Shown piece after piece: positions 18,667-28,825 of a stretch of 64,000 nt of DNA (positions are counted from its first letter, which is position 1; each line of letters starts with the position of its first letter). This stretch comes from an uncultured delta proteobacterium. Its GTDB lineage: Bacteria; Desulfobacterota; Syntrophorhabdia; Syntrophorhabdales; WCHB1-27. The DNA is taken from contig CAWEPK010000016.1 of assembly GCA_963810935.1 (NCBI GenBank), forward strand, positions 128,001-192,000, in the 5' to 3' direction. The notes below the pieces were generated by a model. It had not been told where the DNA came from and searched no databases. It saw nothing but the letters and a program-made list of their open reading frames with translations. The position numbers and the translations under genes are program-made.

Positions 18667-19626
18667 ATGGCTGATAAACTAAAGCTCGCCCTGTACTGGG
18701 CTGCATCTTGCGGCGGCTGCGATATAGCCATTGTCGAGCTGCGCGAGAAGATACTCGTTGTCGACCAGGTAGCCGACATCGTCTTCTGGCCGGTCGCCGT
18801 AGATGCGAAGTATAAGGACGTGGAGGCCATGCCCGACGGCCATATCGATGTCTGCCTTTTCAACGGGGCAATCCGCACGAGCGAGAACGAGCACCTGGCC
18901 CACCTCCTGCGGAAGAAATCGAAGGTCCTCGTTGCGTTCGGCTCCTGCGCGAACGAAGGCTGCATGCCCGGCCTGGCCAACCTTTACGACAGGCAGTCGA
19001 TTTTCGACTATGCCTATCTGGAGTCTCCCTCTGTGGACAACCCCGACAAGGTCGTCCCGCAGACGCATAACAATATGCCGGAAGGGGAGATAGAGATACC
19101 GAAGTTTTACCAGACGGTGAAGACATTATCACAGGTCGTCGACGTGGACTACCACATACCCGGCTGTCCCCCGCAGGCCCCCCAGATATGGGCCGTGATA
19201 GAGGCGATAGTGCAGGGTAAGCTGCCTGAGAAAGGGAGCGTGGTAGGCGCAAACGATAAGACAGTCTGCGACGAGTGCAAGCATGAGCGCAAGGAGAAGG
19301 CGATAAAGAAGTTTTACCGCACCTACGAGATCATCCCCGACTCCACGCAATGCCTTTTCGATCAGGGCCTGATCTGCGCGGGACCGGCCACGAGGGGCGG
19401 CTGCGGCGCGCTTTGCACCAAGGTCGACGTGCCCTGCCGTGGCTGCTACGGCGCCCCGCCCCACGTCGTGGACCAGGGCGCTGCCCTGATGTCTGCCGTG
19501 GCGTCCGTCGTGGATGCGGATACGGAAGAGGAGGCCGCGCGCATCGTGGGCGAGATTGCCGACCCTATCGGGACCTTCTACCGCTTCGGTCTCCCGGCGT
19601 CGCTCTTACACCGGCGGAAGATGTGA
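18667..19626 (+). CDS. mvhG: [NiFe] hydrogenase small subunit MvhG
   Basis: AAGGAGG RBS, ATG 18667; SCGGC, FGSCA, PGCPP, VCDEC, CAGPATRGGC, PCRGCYG. Confidence 0.93.
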   Translation: MADKLKLALYWAASCGGCDIAIVELREKILVVDQVADIVFWPVAVDAKYKDVEAMPDGHIDVCLFNGAIRTSENEHLAHLLRKKSKVLVAFGSCANEGCMPGLANLYDRQSIFDYAYLESPSVDNPDKVVPQTHNNMPEGEIEIPKFYQTVKTLSQVVDVDYHIPGCPPQAPQIWAVIEAIVQGKLPEKGSVVGANDKTVCDECKHERKEKAIKKFYRTYEIIPDSTQCLFDQGLICAGPATRGGCGALCTKVDVPCRGCYGAPPHVVDQGAALMSAVASVVDADTEEEAARIVGEIADPIGTFYRFGLPASLLHRRKM

Positions 19627-19666
19627 TGCAGACGCAGGGTCCGAAGACTGCTATAAGGAGAGCGCT

Positions 19667-21131
19667 ATGAAGAAGATAAGCATTGATCCCGTGACCCGGC
19701 TCGAAGGACACGGAAGGATAGACATCTTCCTCGACGACCAGGGCGAGGTGGCCAATGCCTATATGGTCATCCCCGAGCTTAGGGGTTTCGAGAAATTCTC
19801 CCAGGGGAGGCGGGTCGAAGAACTGACGGACATTACGCCCCGCATCTGCGGCGTCTGTCCCGAGGCGCACCACCTCGCCGCAACCAAGGCCACCGACGAG
19901 GTGTTCCACGTCGAGCCGCCGCCGACGGCAAAGAAGCTGAGAGAGCTTTTTTACTCCGCCTTTTACGTAGCGGACCACACGGTCCACTTCTATATCCTGG
20001 GCGGGCCCGACTTCGTGATGGGCCCCGACGCCCCCGTGGCAGAGAGGAACATCCTCGGCGTGATCCACAAGGTCGGCGTTGAGATAGGCTCGAAGGTGAT
20101 CGAAGCCAGGGGCAAGGCGATGGACATCATCGGCATGCTTGGCGGCAGGAAGGTCCATCCCACCTTCGGCATCGCCGGAGGCGTCATGAAGGGCCTCACC
20201 GAAGAGGAGAGGAAGCAGGTGGAGCAGACCGCCGGGGACTCGATAGAGTTCGCGCTGTTCACCCTGAAGCTCTTCAAGGACATCGTCCTTGCAAACAAGG
20301 ACTACCTCGACCTGATCATGTCGCCTATTTTCACCATGCCCACGTACTATATGGGTATGGTGGACGACAACAACAAGGTGAACTTCTACGACGGGAAGAT
20401 AAGGGTAGTAGACCCGGACGGCAAGGAGTTCGTAAAGTACGCGCCGAAGGATTACCTGTACAACGTGGCAGAGCGCGTGGAGCCGTGGACGTACCTGAAG
20501 TTCCCGTACCTTAAGAATGTGGGCTGGAAGGGCCTTACTCTGGGCAAAGACTCCGGGGTGTACCAGGCAACGCCGCTCTCGCGCCTCAATGCTGTCGGAC
20601 GGTATGGCTACGTCCTTGGCGCAGCAGGCATATGAGGAGATGTACAAGACCTTCGGCCATAAGCCCGTGCACAATCTCCTTGCTACACATTGGGCGCGCC
20701 TGATCGAGTTGCTCTATGCAGCCGAGCGCCTGCAGGAGCTGGCCAAAGACAAGACCATCACAGACACGAAGATCCGCAACATACCCACGGAGAAGCCGAC
20801 GGAAGGCGTCGGCATCGTCGAGGCGCCCAGAGGGACGCTTACGCACCACTATGTAACCGATGAGAAGGGCATCGTAACGAAGGCGAACCTTATCGTGGGC
20901 ACGACCAACAACTACGCGCCCATCTCGATTGCCATAAAGCAGGCGGCGCAGGGGCTTATCAAGAAGGGCGTGGAGGTGACGGAAGGGATACTCAACCGTG
21001 TCGAGATGGCCTTCCGGCTTTACGATCCATGCTTCGGCTGTGCCACGCATACACTGCCGGGCAGGATGCCCCTGGTCATTAATATAATGGACCCGAGCGG
21101 CGAAGTGGTAAGACAGATTAAAAGGGATTAG
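19667..21131 (+). CDS. mvhA: [NiFe] hydrogenase large subunit MvhA (group 3c), with one apparent frameshift near 20594
   Basis: DPVTRLEGHG, RICGVC (L1), EAPRG, DPCFGCATH (L2) plus C-terminal extension. Removing one base near 20594 joins PLSRLNA to SDGMATSLAQ. Confidence 0.9.
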
Positions 21132-21149
21132 GGAGTTTACCCGGTAGAC

Positions 21150-21189
21150 AAGAACAGCCCGCTTTCCGGTAGAAGCGGGCTGTTCTTTT
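21150..21189. terminator. Intrinsic terminator, probably bidirectional
   Basis: AAGAACAGCCCGCTT-N8-AAGCGGGCTGTTCTT followed by T's, between convergent genes. Confidence 0.85.
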
Positions 21190-21215
21190 ATATGGGCCGG
21201 CCTGCGTGCGCGGGG

Positions 21216-23078
21216 CTACGCCTTGAAACGCATGTCCAGCAGGTACTCCGTCCGGAGGGTCTTGCGCTTCAGGTCGAACTCCGCCTTCTCTAAGAGGCGG
21301 AGGGCCGGCTCGTTTTCTTTGGCGATCTTCGCAGTGAAGCCAAGGAGGCCGCGCCTGCGCGCTATGCGCTTCAGGTACCAGAGTATCTCCGTTCCCACGC
21401 CCAGGTTGCGGCTGTCCTCCCTTACGAGCACCGCGAGCTCGGCGATGTGCCGGTCATCGCTGACGACGTATTTGCCTAAGCCGACGAGCTTCTCTTCGTT
21501 GTCGCGCTTGAGGAGCGCAAGTATGGCCATCTCCCGCGTATAATCTATGAGTCCCGATTCGTCGGGCTCATGGAGGGCGTGGAGGAACTTGCTGCACGTC
21601 TCTCCGTACGTCTCGACAGGGAGCGGGGATAGTAGCTCCCTGAGCATCGCCTCATCGGTCGCCTTTACGGGTCTCAGGAAGATCTCAAGGCCGGTTTTGG
21701 TCTTGCGCCGCGCCTCCAGGTGCTCGGGATAGAGGCCCTTCTTGCCCAGCGCGTAAATGCGGCTCTCGTAGACCAGGCTCTGTTTTTTCGCCTGCTCGAG
21801 CAGCGCAGGCTGAAAGGCGGGATGAGCTATGGCGATGAGGGACATCGCCCTTTCCCGGAGGTTCCTCCCGTGGATGTACGCTATACCGTATTCAGTGATG
21901 ACGTAATGTATGTCGCCCCGCGTCAGGGTGACCCCGGCGCCCTCTTTCAGGGAAGGCACGATCCTCGATACCGTCCCGTTGCGGGCCGTAGACGGGAGGA
22001 CCAGGATGCTCTTTCCGTAAGGCGCCATGGCCGCGCCCCGCATGAAATCGGCCTGGCCCCCGATACCGCTGTAGAAGCTGCTGCCGAGGGATTCGGACGT
22101 GGCCTGGCCCGTGAGGTCGATCTCCAGGGCGCTATTGATGGCGGTCATATTGTTTATCTGCGAGATGACAGACGGGCTGTTCGTATAATCTATTGTCTTG
22201 AACTCGAAGGTGGGGTTGTCGTTAACGTATGCATAGGTGTTCTTCTTGCCCATGCAGAACGCGGCGACGGTCTTGCCCGTATCGATGTTCTTACGTTTGT
22301 TGTTGACGACCCCTTTTCTCATCAGGTCCACCAGGCCGTCCGTCAAAAGCTCCGTGTGGACGCCCAAATCGTGCTTCGTACTGAGGTACGAGATGACGGC
22401 CGAAGGTATGCTTCCGTAGCCGACCTGTATCGTGTCGCCGTCCTCCACGATGTTGCTCACGTATTTCCCCATGCGCCTGACCGTCTCGTCGGGACGGTCC
22501 GTCTCGTACTCTAAAAGCGGCTCGTCGTGGGTCAGCAGGAAGTCCACCTGGCCGATATGGACGAAGCTGTCCCCGTGGACGCGCGGCATATTGGAGTTGA
22601 CCTGGGCGATTACGAGCGATGCAAGCTGCACGGCTTCCTTAACTATATCGACGCTGATGCCCAGGCTCATATACCCGTGCTCGTCCGGCGGCGACGTCTG
22701 TATGAGCGCCACGTCGATGGGGATGGTATGGCGCCTGAGCAGGGCGGGTACCTGCGAGAGAAATATGGGTATGTAATTTGCCTCGCCCTTGTTGACGGCA
22801 TCACGCGCGTCCTTCCCGATAAAGAAGGAGCTGCGGCGGAAATTACTCCCGAACTTTTCAGAAACCTGCGGGTCTACGCCGAGCGTCCAGATATGAAGCG
22901 CCTCCGCATAGGAAAACGTAAGCGGGTGCGACTCCACGTAACGTATCAGCGCGTTCACCAGGTACTGCGGCTCTCCGCACGCCGTGCCGATGAAAATCCT
23001 GTCGCCTGCCTGGATTTGGCTGAATATCTGGTCTTCCGGAATAAACTTCTCCGGATAGGTCTTCATCATCTTACGCAT
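21216..23078 (-). CDS. Acetyl-CoA hydrolase/CoA-transferase family protein fused to a C-terminal GNAT domain
   Basis: GTACGEP, SPPDEHG, GVHTE (catalytic Glu), SGIGGQADF, ITEYG; GNAT with IDYTREMA, RNLGVGT. Start chosen at MRKMMK. Confidence 0.92.
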   Translation of the reverse strand: MRKMMKTYPEKFIPEDQIFSQIQAGDRIFIGTACGEPQYLVNALIRYVESHPLTFSYAEALHIWTLGVDPQVSEKFGSNFRRSSFFIGKDARDAVNKGEANYIPIFLSQVPALLRRHTIPIDVALIQTSPPDEHGYMSLGISVDIVKEAVQLASLVIAQVNSNMPRVHGDSFVHIGQVDFLLTHDEPLLEYETDRPDETVRRMGKYVSNIVEDGDTIQVGYGSIPSAVISYLSTKHDLGVHTELLTDGLVDLMRKGVVNNKRKNIDTGKTVAAFCMGKKNTYAYVNDNPTFEFKTIDYTNSPSVISQINNMTAINSALEIDLTGQATSESLGSSFYSGIGGQADFMRGAAMAPYGKSILVLPSTARNGTVSRIVPSLKEGAGVTLTRGDIHYVITEYGIAYIHGRNLRERAMSLIAIAHPAFQPALLEQAKKQSLVYESRIYALGKKGLYPEHLEARRKTKTGLEIFLRPVKATDEAMLRELLSPLPVETYGETCSKFLHALHEPDESGLIDYTREMAILALLKRDNEEKLVGLGKYVVSDDRHIAELAVLVREDSRNLGVGTEILWYLKRIARRRGLLGFTAKIAKENEPALRLLEKAEFDLKRKTLRTEYLLDMRFKA

Positions 23079-23288
23079 GACCGAGCCTTCCTGCCTGCTT
23101 TGCACGACTTAAGCTCCTTCCTTGATCGGCCCTATGAAAAGGTAACGCAGCATCTGAAGTGTACCACTATACCGAAGACTTTTATATCTGCAAATGGGCG
23201 TGGCGCGCCGGCCGGCAAGCGCGTTTTTTCTTTTGCCTTTAAGCGTGTCGCCGCACAGGCGATAAATATCTTTGGGGAGATACGCTCG

Positions 23289-25430
23289 ATGTACGAAACC
23301 CGACCACGAAAGGAGCACCCGCAGGGCGCGATAACCGTGCTTTACGCCGCGATACCGGCCGGCGCAGAAGGGCAGGGGCCTGACGGCGCACATGGTGGCC
23401 CTGCCGACCACAAGGGCCTGGAGACGCTCTCGAGGATCGCGGCGGAAAAAGGGGGGACTATAGTCAGGAAGGGCGACTATACCCTTCTTGCCTGCTTCAC
23501 CGACCCCGTCGGGGCGGTCAGGGCCGCGATCTTGATGCAGGGCGGCCCGCCGGTAGAAGGGGGCGGCGAGTGCTCGTCGGAGGTGCGGATCGTGCTTCAT
23601 CACGGCAGCGGGTCCTTCAGCGACGGGGCCATCCACGGCGACATTGCCGTTTTCGCGGCGGAGGCCGGGCGCATTGCGAAGGCAGGCCGCATCTACGTCT
23701 CTTCCGCCGTCTCGGTCGCCGTAAGGGACGTTAAGGCGGTCGAGCTGAAGCCCGTGGACGTGACTCAGCGGTTGCTTTCCGGGCACCGGGCCTTCTACGA
23801 TCTGGTCTGGCGCGGCGATGCCGACGCAGCCGGCGCCGGACAGGACGGCCCTGTCTTCTTCGCCCACAGCCGGGCCCTGCTCGAAGGAGACTACCGCCCG
23901 TGTTTTTACTGTGGGGCGCGAAGACATCCCGCGAGCGATTGCCCATCGAAGCACCTGCTCTACCGGACCCGTGGACTGGCTGGACTCGGCCGTTTATCGA
24001 TCGGCGAGATCAACGAGCGTTTTGCGCAATATCTCGACAGTGCGGAGGGGGAAAGGCTTTCCGTGCCTGCGGATGCGGATATCGATATGGTAGACCCCGT
24101 CTATCTCGTCCCTTTAGCCTTTTACGAGCTGAGAAAGGCCTTCCAGATACGTTTCATGAACGTCATATGGAGCGCTTCGCCGAGAGACGAGTGGTATAAG
24201 GTCAGGGAAGTCGGAAGGGAGACTTCGGCCAAGGGCGGCGTGCTCTGGATCGCCCGCGACTGCATTCGCGTCTCCGACCTGAACGAAGCGGAAAAACTCT
24301 TAATGCGGTACGGCAGGCAGAACCGGGATGACTACAGGGCGGCGTGCGGGCTGGCCTTCATAAAAATGGAGCGGGAGGAATACAGGGACGCTTGCGACCT
24401 TTTCCGTGAGGCCCTCGAACAGGCCGTGAGTCCCGCCCAGAAGACATATTTACATCTCCTTATGTCCCGCATCTGGGAGCTGCTGGAGAAGCGTGACAAG
24501 TCGCTGGAGGCGCTAAAAGAAGCAATCAGGATCGAGCCTTACTGTCTGGAGGCGAAATTCGAGGATGCGGCCCGCCATTTTCAATTGGGGCGGCAGACGG
24601 ACGGCCTCAACCGGCTTATCAAGCTGCTCAAGCTCTCACACGAATTCTATCTCCCGGCCCTCATCTCCCCCGAGTTGGCCGAATTCCGCCCGGCCATCGC
24701 CTCCGAGCTCGACAAGCTCCGCGTGGAGGTCCTGATAGGGGCGCGGGAGGCGGCAAAAGAGGCGGACGCCGCCGTAGCCGGGCTTACGCGGTTTCTCGGG
24801 ACCGGAGACGAGGGAGCGGCGGAGGTATTGTCGATACAGGAGCACCTTCACGGGCTGCTGGCCAAGCCGGAGGCGTTCCTTTTATGTCGCGAGGCAATGT
24901 ACACGGCGCAGCGCATCGTGGGCGACTGCCGTGCAATCGAGATAGAGCGTGCAGGCGACGTCCGGAAAGTAGTTAAAGAGCTTTCAGAGCGTGCCGGAGC
25001 GATGGTCAGGGGAGTTTCGGCTGCCGCCAGGATGGGGTTGCAAGTCCGTCCCATCCAGGAGCGCCTGAAGGGAGTCGAGGGAGACCTGAGCCGGCGCGAG
25101 CCTTTTGCCCGCTGCCTGGAGCAGTGCGTGCAGTTGTCGCGGGAGCTGGACGGGGCCGAAGAAGTGGCGAGACGATGGAAGGAGCGAGTCGAGCTATTAC
25201 GCGCCTGCGGTACGTTTCTTACGGACCTTTGTTTTGTCCTTTTTGTGACCGTTATAACCGGCCTGGTGCTCTTCCCCGGTGTCCTTCACTGCCTTGACGC
25301 GCTCAATTCAGGTTGGGGGCTCTCATCGGTCGAGCTGTGGCCCGTTCAGAAATCCGTCCTTATCATCGGGGCCGTCCTCGCGGTAGGGCTTGCCATCGGC
25401 CACGCCTTCATGGGCAGGCTAAGGGCTTAA
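23289..25430 (+). CDS. Membrane-anchored protein: degenerate class III nucleotidyl cyclase-like domain + CxxC-H-C motif + TPR-like helices + 2 C-terminal TM segments
   Basis: ATG 23289 after GGGGAG; GGTIVRKGDYTLLACF, VRIVLHHG, IHGD, AGRIYVS; CFYCGARRHPASDCP; hydrophobic C-terminus. The part of the 22527 ORF upstream of 23289 largely overlaps the antisense CoA-transferase and is not considered coding. Confidence 0.7.
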   Translation: MYETRPRKEHPQGAITVLYAAIPAGAEGQGPDGAHGGPADHKGLETLSRIAAEKGGTIVRKGDYTLLACFTDPVGAVRAAILMQGGPPVEGGGECSSEVRIVLHHGSGSFSDGAIHGDIAVFAAEAGRIAKAGRIYVSSAVSVAVRDVKAVELKPVDVTQRLLSGHRAFYDLVWRGDADAAGAGQDGPVFFAHSRALLEGDYRPCFYCGARRHPASDCPSKHLLYRTRGLAGLGRLSIGEINERFAQYLDSAEGERLSVPADADIDMVDPVYLVPLAFYELRKAFQIRFMNVIWSASPRDEWYKVREVGRETSAKGGVLWIARDCIRVSDLNEAEKLLMRYGRQNRDDYRAACGLAFIKMEREEYRDACDLFREALEQAVSPAQKTYLHLLMSRIWELLEKRDKSLEALKEAIRIEPYCLEAKFEDAARHFQLGRQTDGLNRLIKLLKLSHEFYLPALISPELAEFRPAIASELDKLRVEVLIGAREAAKEADAAVAGLTRFLGTGDEGAAEVLSIQEHLHGLLAKPEAFLLCREAMYTAQRIVGDCRAIEIERAGDVRKVVKELSERAGAMVRGVSAAARMGLQVRPIQERLKGVEGDLSRREPFARCLEQCVQLSRELDGAEEVARRWKERVELLRACGTFLTDLCFVLFVTVITGLVLFPGVLHCLDALNSGWGLSSVELWPVQKSVLIIGAVLAVGLAIGHAFMGRLRA

Positions 25431-25635
25431 AGGCGTGACCAGGTCGAAATATTAGCAGTCCCTCCGGCGCCTGATTTACCGTCGTTTACATTAAACAATG
25501 ACTCTGATATCATTTATACTCATAATTTTCAATGCCTTATGGCGAGGACAGGACGGGGATGGGCGGTTGCCCGGGTGACCGGGCGTGTGGACGGTTGTCC
25601 GCACGGTAATTGGTCCGTATTTTAAGGGAGACGCC

Positions 25636-28627
25636 ATGAAAGAAGGAAAAAACCGGAAAGAAATAAAGGGGCGCGCGCTGGTTAAGGAGACCGGGCAGCC
25701 CGAAAAGCGGAGTAAGGCGGCGCAGGTTGCGGAGGCGCGAGCCGAAAAAGGCGCCGCCGAGGAAGAAAGGCTGCCGGTCATCGGCATAGGCGCATCAGCC
25801 GGGGGGCTTGAGGCCTTCGAGCTCTTTTTCCGCAATTTACCTGTGGACACAAACGCCTCCTTCGTGCTCATCCAGCACCTTGGCCCCGATCAGCCGAGCA
25901 TTTTGCGCGACCTGGTGGACCGCTTCACCAAGCTGCCCGTGCACGAGGCTAGCGAGGGCATGAAGATCCAGCCGAACCACGTGTACGTCATCCCGGTGAA
26001 GGTCTATATGGCGCTGGACGACGGCATCCTCAGGCTCACTGAGCGCACCGGGGTGCGCCCCCATATCCCTATGCCCATCGATTTCTTTTTCCGCTCCCTT
26101 GCAAGGGAGCGAGGGGAAAAGGCCGTGGCGATCCTCCTTTCGGGGACCGGGACGGACGGCACGCTGGGCATCCGGGACATAAACGGCGCGGGCGGTGTCA
26201 CCATGGTCCAGGAGCCGAGCGATTCCCGCTTCCCAGGCATGCCTGAAAGCGCGATAAACTCCGGCCACGTCGATTACGTGCTGCCTGCCGCAAAAATGGG
26301 CGACCAGCTCAAGCAGGTCCTCGACCAGCTCCTGCCTGCTGCGGCCCGCAAGCGGCCGACCCCGCCCACGAAGCTCGAGAGCGTCCTCAGCCGCATCCTT
26401 ACCCTGGTCCGTGTGCAGACGCATCATGATTTCTCGCACTACAAGAAGAGCACCATCGTCAGAAGGATTGAGCGGCGCATGCTCCTCCACGCCATATCGG
26501 ACGCGGAAGGATATGTGCGCTACCTGGAGCAGCACAGGGAAGAGGTGCTCCTCCTTTTCAACGAATTCCTGATCCGCGTCACGAGCTTCTTCCGCGACCC
26601 GGACGCCTTTGAGACGCTCAAGCGCGACGTCCTGCCGCGCCTCATGGACGGCAAGCCCGAGGACTACACGGTCCGTATCTGGGTCCCCGGCTGCTCCACG
26701 GGCGAGGAAGCTTACTCGATTGCGATGGCCTTTTACGAATATCTCGACGGGCACAAGAGAGGCAACGAGATTCAAATATTCGGGACGGACATAGACACGG
26801 CCGCAGTCGACAGGGCGCGCACTGGCGCTTATCCCGCCAATATCGCGGGCGATGTAAGCGAGGAGCGCCTTCGTCGCTTTTTCATAAGAGATGACAACGG
26901 CTATCGGGTGAAGAAGGATGTGCGGGAGAAGATCGTTTTCGCGGTCCAGGACATTATCAAGGACCCGCCCTTCACGCGCCTCGATCTGCTCTCGTGCAGG
27001 AATGTCCTCATCTATCTGGATTCCGAGCTTCAGAACCGCGTCATACCGCTCTTTCACTACAGCCTGAAGCCGGGAGGCATACTTTTGCTGGGACCTTCCG
27101 AAGGTATTGCCTCCTTCTCGGACCTTTTCGAGGCTGTCGATAAGAAGTGGAAGGTTTTCGACGCCCGCATCTCCACTACGGCCAGACCGGCCCTGCCGGA
27201 GGCCCTCACGTGGACGCCGTTCAAGGGCAGGTCCAAAGAGCAGGCGGACCAGAGACCGAGCGAGGTGATCATTGCCGACGTGATCCGCAGGCGCTTGCTT
27301 CGCCATTTCACCCCTCCCGCGGTCGTCGTCGATGAAAGAGGGAATATCGTTTTCATCCAGGGAGAGACGGGTAAATATCTTCAGCCCCCCGAGGGCTCTC
27401 CCCACATGAACGTCTTCGACATGGCGCGGGAGGGCATGCGCACGGAGGCACGCCTGGCTCTGGCGAACGCCGCCGAGCAGAAGAAAGAGGTAGTTTACAA
27501 CGACCTGCCGGTCAAGACCAACGGCGGGATACAGCGCGTGACCCTGCGGGTCCTTCCCCTTTCGGACCCCGGCACGGAGGGCATGTATCTCATAATCTTC
27601 GAGGAAGCAAAAGCCTCCGGCGAGAAAGAAGCCAAGGAGAAGCGCGCAGGCACGAAGCACGAGGTAAAGCTCGTCGAACACCTGCGGGAAGAGCTTCGCC
27701 TGACCAAGGAGCACCTGCAGGCGACGGTCGAGGAGTTACAATCCTCGAACGAAGAGCTCGAGGTCGGCCAACGAAGAGCTCCAATCGACGAACGAAGAAG
27801 TGCAGTCGACGAACGAGGAACTTGAGACGTCGCGTGAAGAGCTGCAATCCGTTAACGAAGAGCTCGTCACGGTGAACGCCGAGCTGCAATCGAAGATCGA
27901 GCAGCTTTCCAGGACCGAGGTAGACATGAAGAACCTCCTGGAAGGCATGAGGGTCGCAACCGTCTTCATCGACAGCAACCTGCGCGTCGTCCGTTTCACT
28001 GAAGAGGCGATCAAGCTTATCAACCTCATACCAACCGACGTGGGCAGGCCGCTGTCGGACATCGTCACCAAAGTGAAGTACGATAAGATGATCGAGGATG
28101 CAGCGTCCGTCCTCCAGACGCTCCAGTACAGAGAGACCGACGTCCAGCTCGATAACGGCGAATGGTATCACATGCGTATCATGCCTTACAAAAACCAGGA
28201 GCAGGTAATCCAGGGCGTTGTTCTAACTTTCAGCGTTGCCGGGCAGCGGACGCTGGTGGAGAAGCTGATTGCCTCGATGCAGGAATTTGCAGCGGACATG
28301 GTGGAAGGCTCGCCGAACCCGACTGCCGCCCTCGATAGCGATTTCAGGGTCGTTGCCGCAAACGGCGCGTTCTGCGAGTTATTCAAGGTGACGGGGGACG
28401 GTTGCTCCGGCCGGACCGTCTTCAGCGTGACTGCGGGCCGCATCGAAGAAAAAGAGTCGAAGGAGCTTCTCCAGAGCAAGTTCGGCCGGAAGGACAGGAC
28501 TATCAATGGGACGGTCCGCTTTAAGGGCGACGGGGCGGTGCAAAGCCTTGCCGTCGGCCTGCGAAAGATAGAGGCCATCGACAAAAGGCTGCCTTCCATT
28601 TTGCTGAGCATGAAGCCGGCGGGATAG
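25636..28627 (+). CDS. CheB methylesterase / CheR methyltransferase / coiled-coil / PAS fusion protein; apparent frameshift near 27760
   Basis: GASAGG, QHL, GTGTDG (CheB triad); VTSFFRD, GCSTGEEAYS, CRNVLIY (CheR). The EELQSxNEE heptads continue across a one-base shift into ORF 27800..28627. Confidence 0.9.
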
Positions 28628-28825
28628 AAGGCGTGACATTCTTGCCGACTGGTCTTGGCGTAATTTAGTAGACTTCCGTCTCTGACATTTCCGCACCATA
28701 GAAACGCCCAAAAGATCAAGGACGATACTCGCACCGTTTCCGGATATGACGCTATCCAGCCGGGTGGAACCGGGTCCGCCGTTATTTGACAATTTCGGGA
28801 AGCGGACCCAGGTTAATCGTAAAGC

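Noticed and set aside
20580..20640. Split MvhA/VhuU-type or programmed-frameshift hydrogenase
   Set aside because: The break is mid-protein, there is no slippery sequence or RBS, and one base removal restores continuity; the L2 motif has Cys, not Sec.
22527..23288. N-terminal 254 codons of the 967-aa ORF
   Set aside because: Largely overlaps the CoA-transferase gene on the opposite strand; a better start with an RBS exists at 23289.
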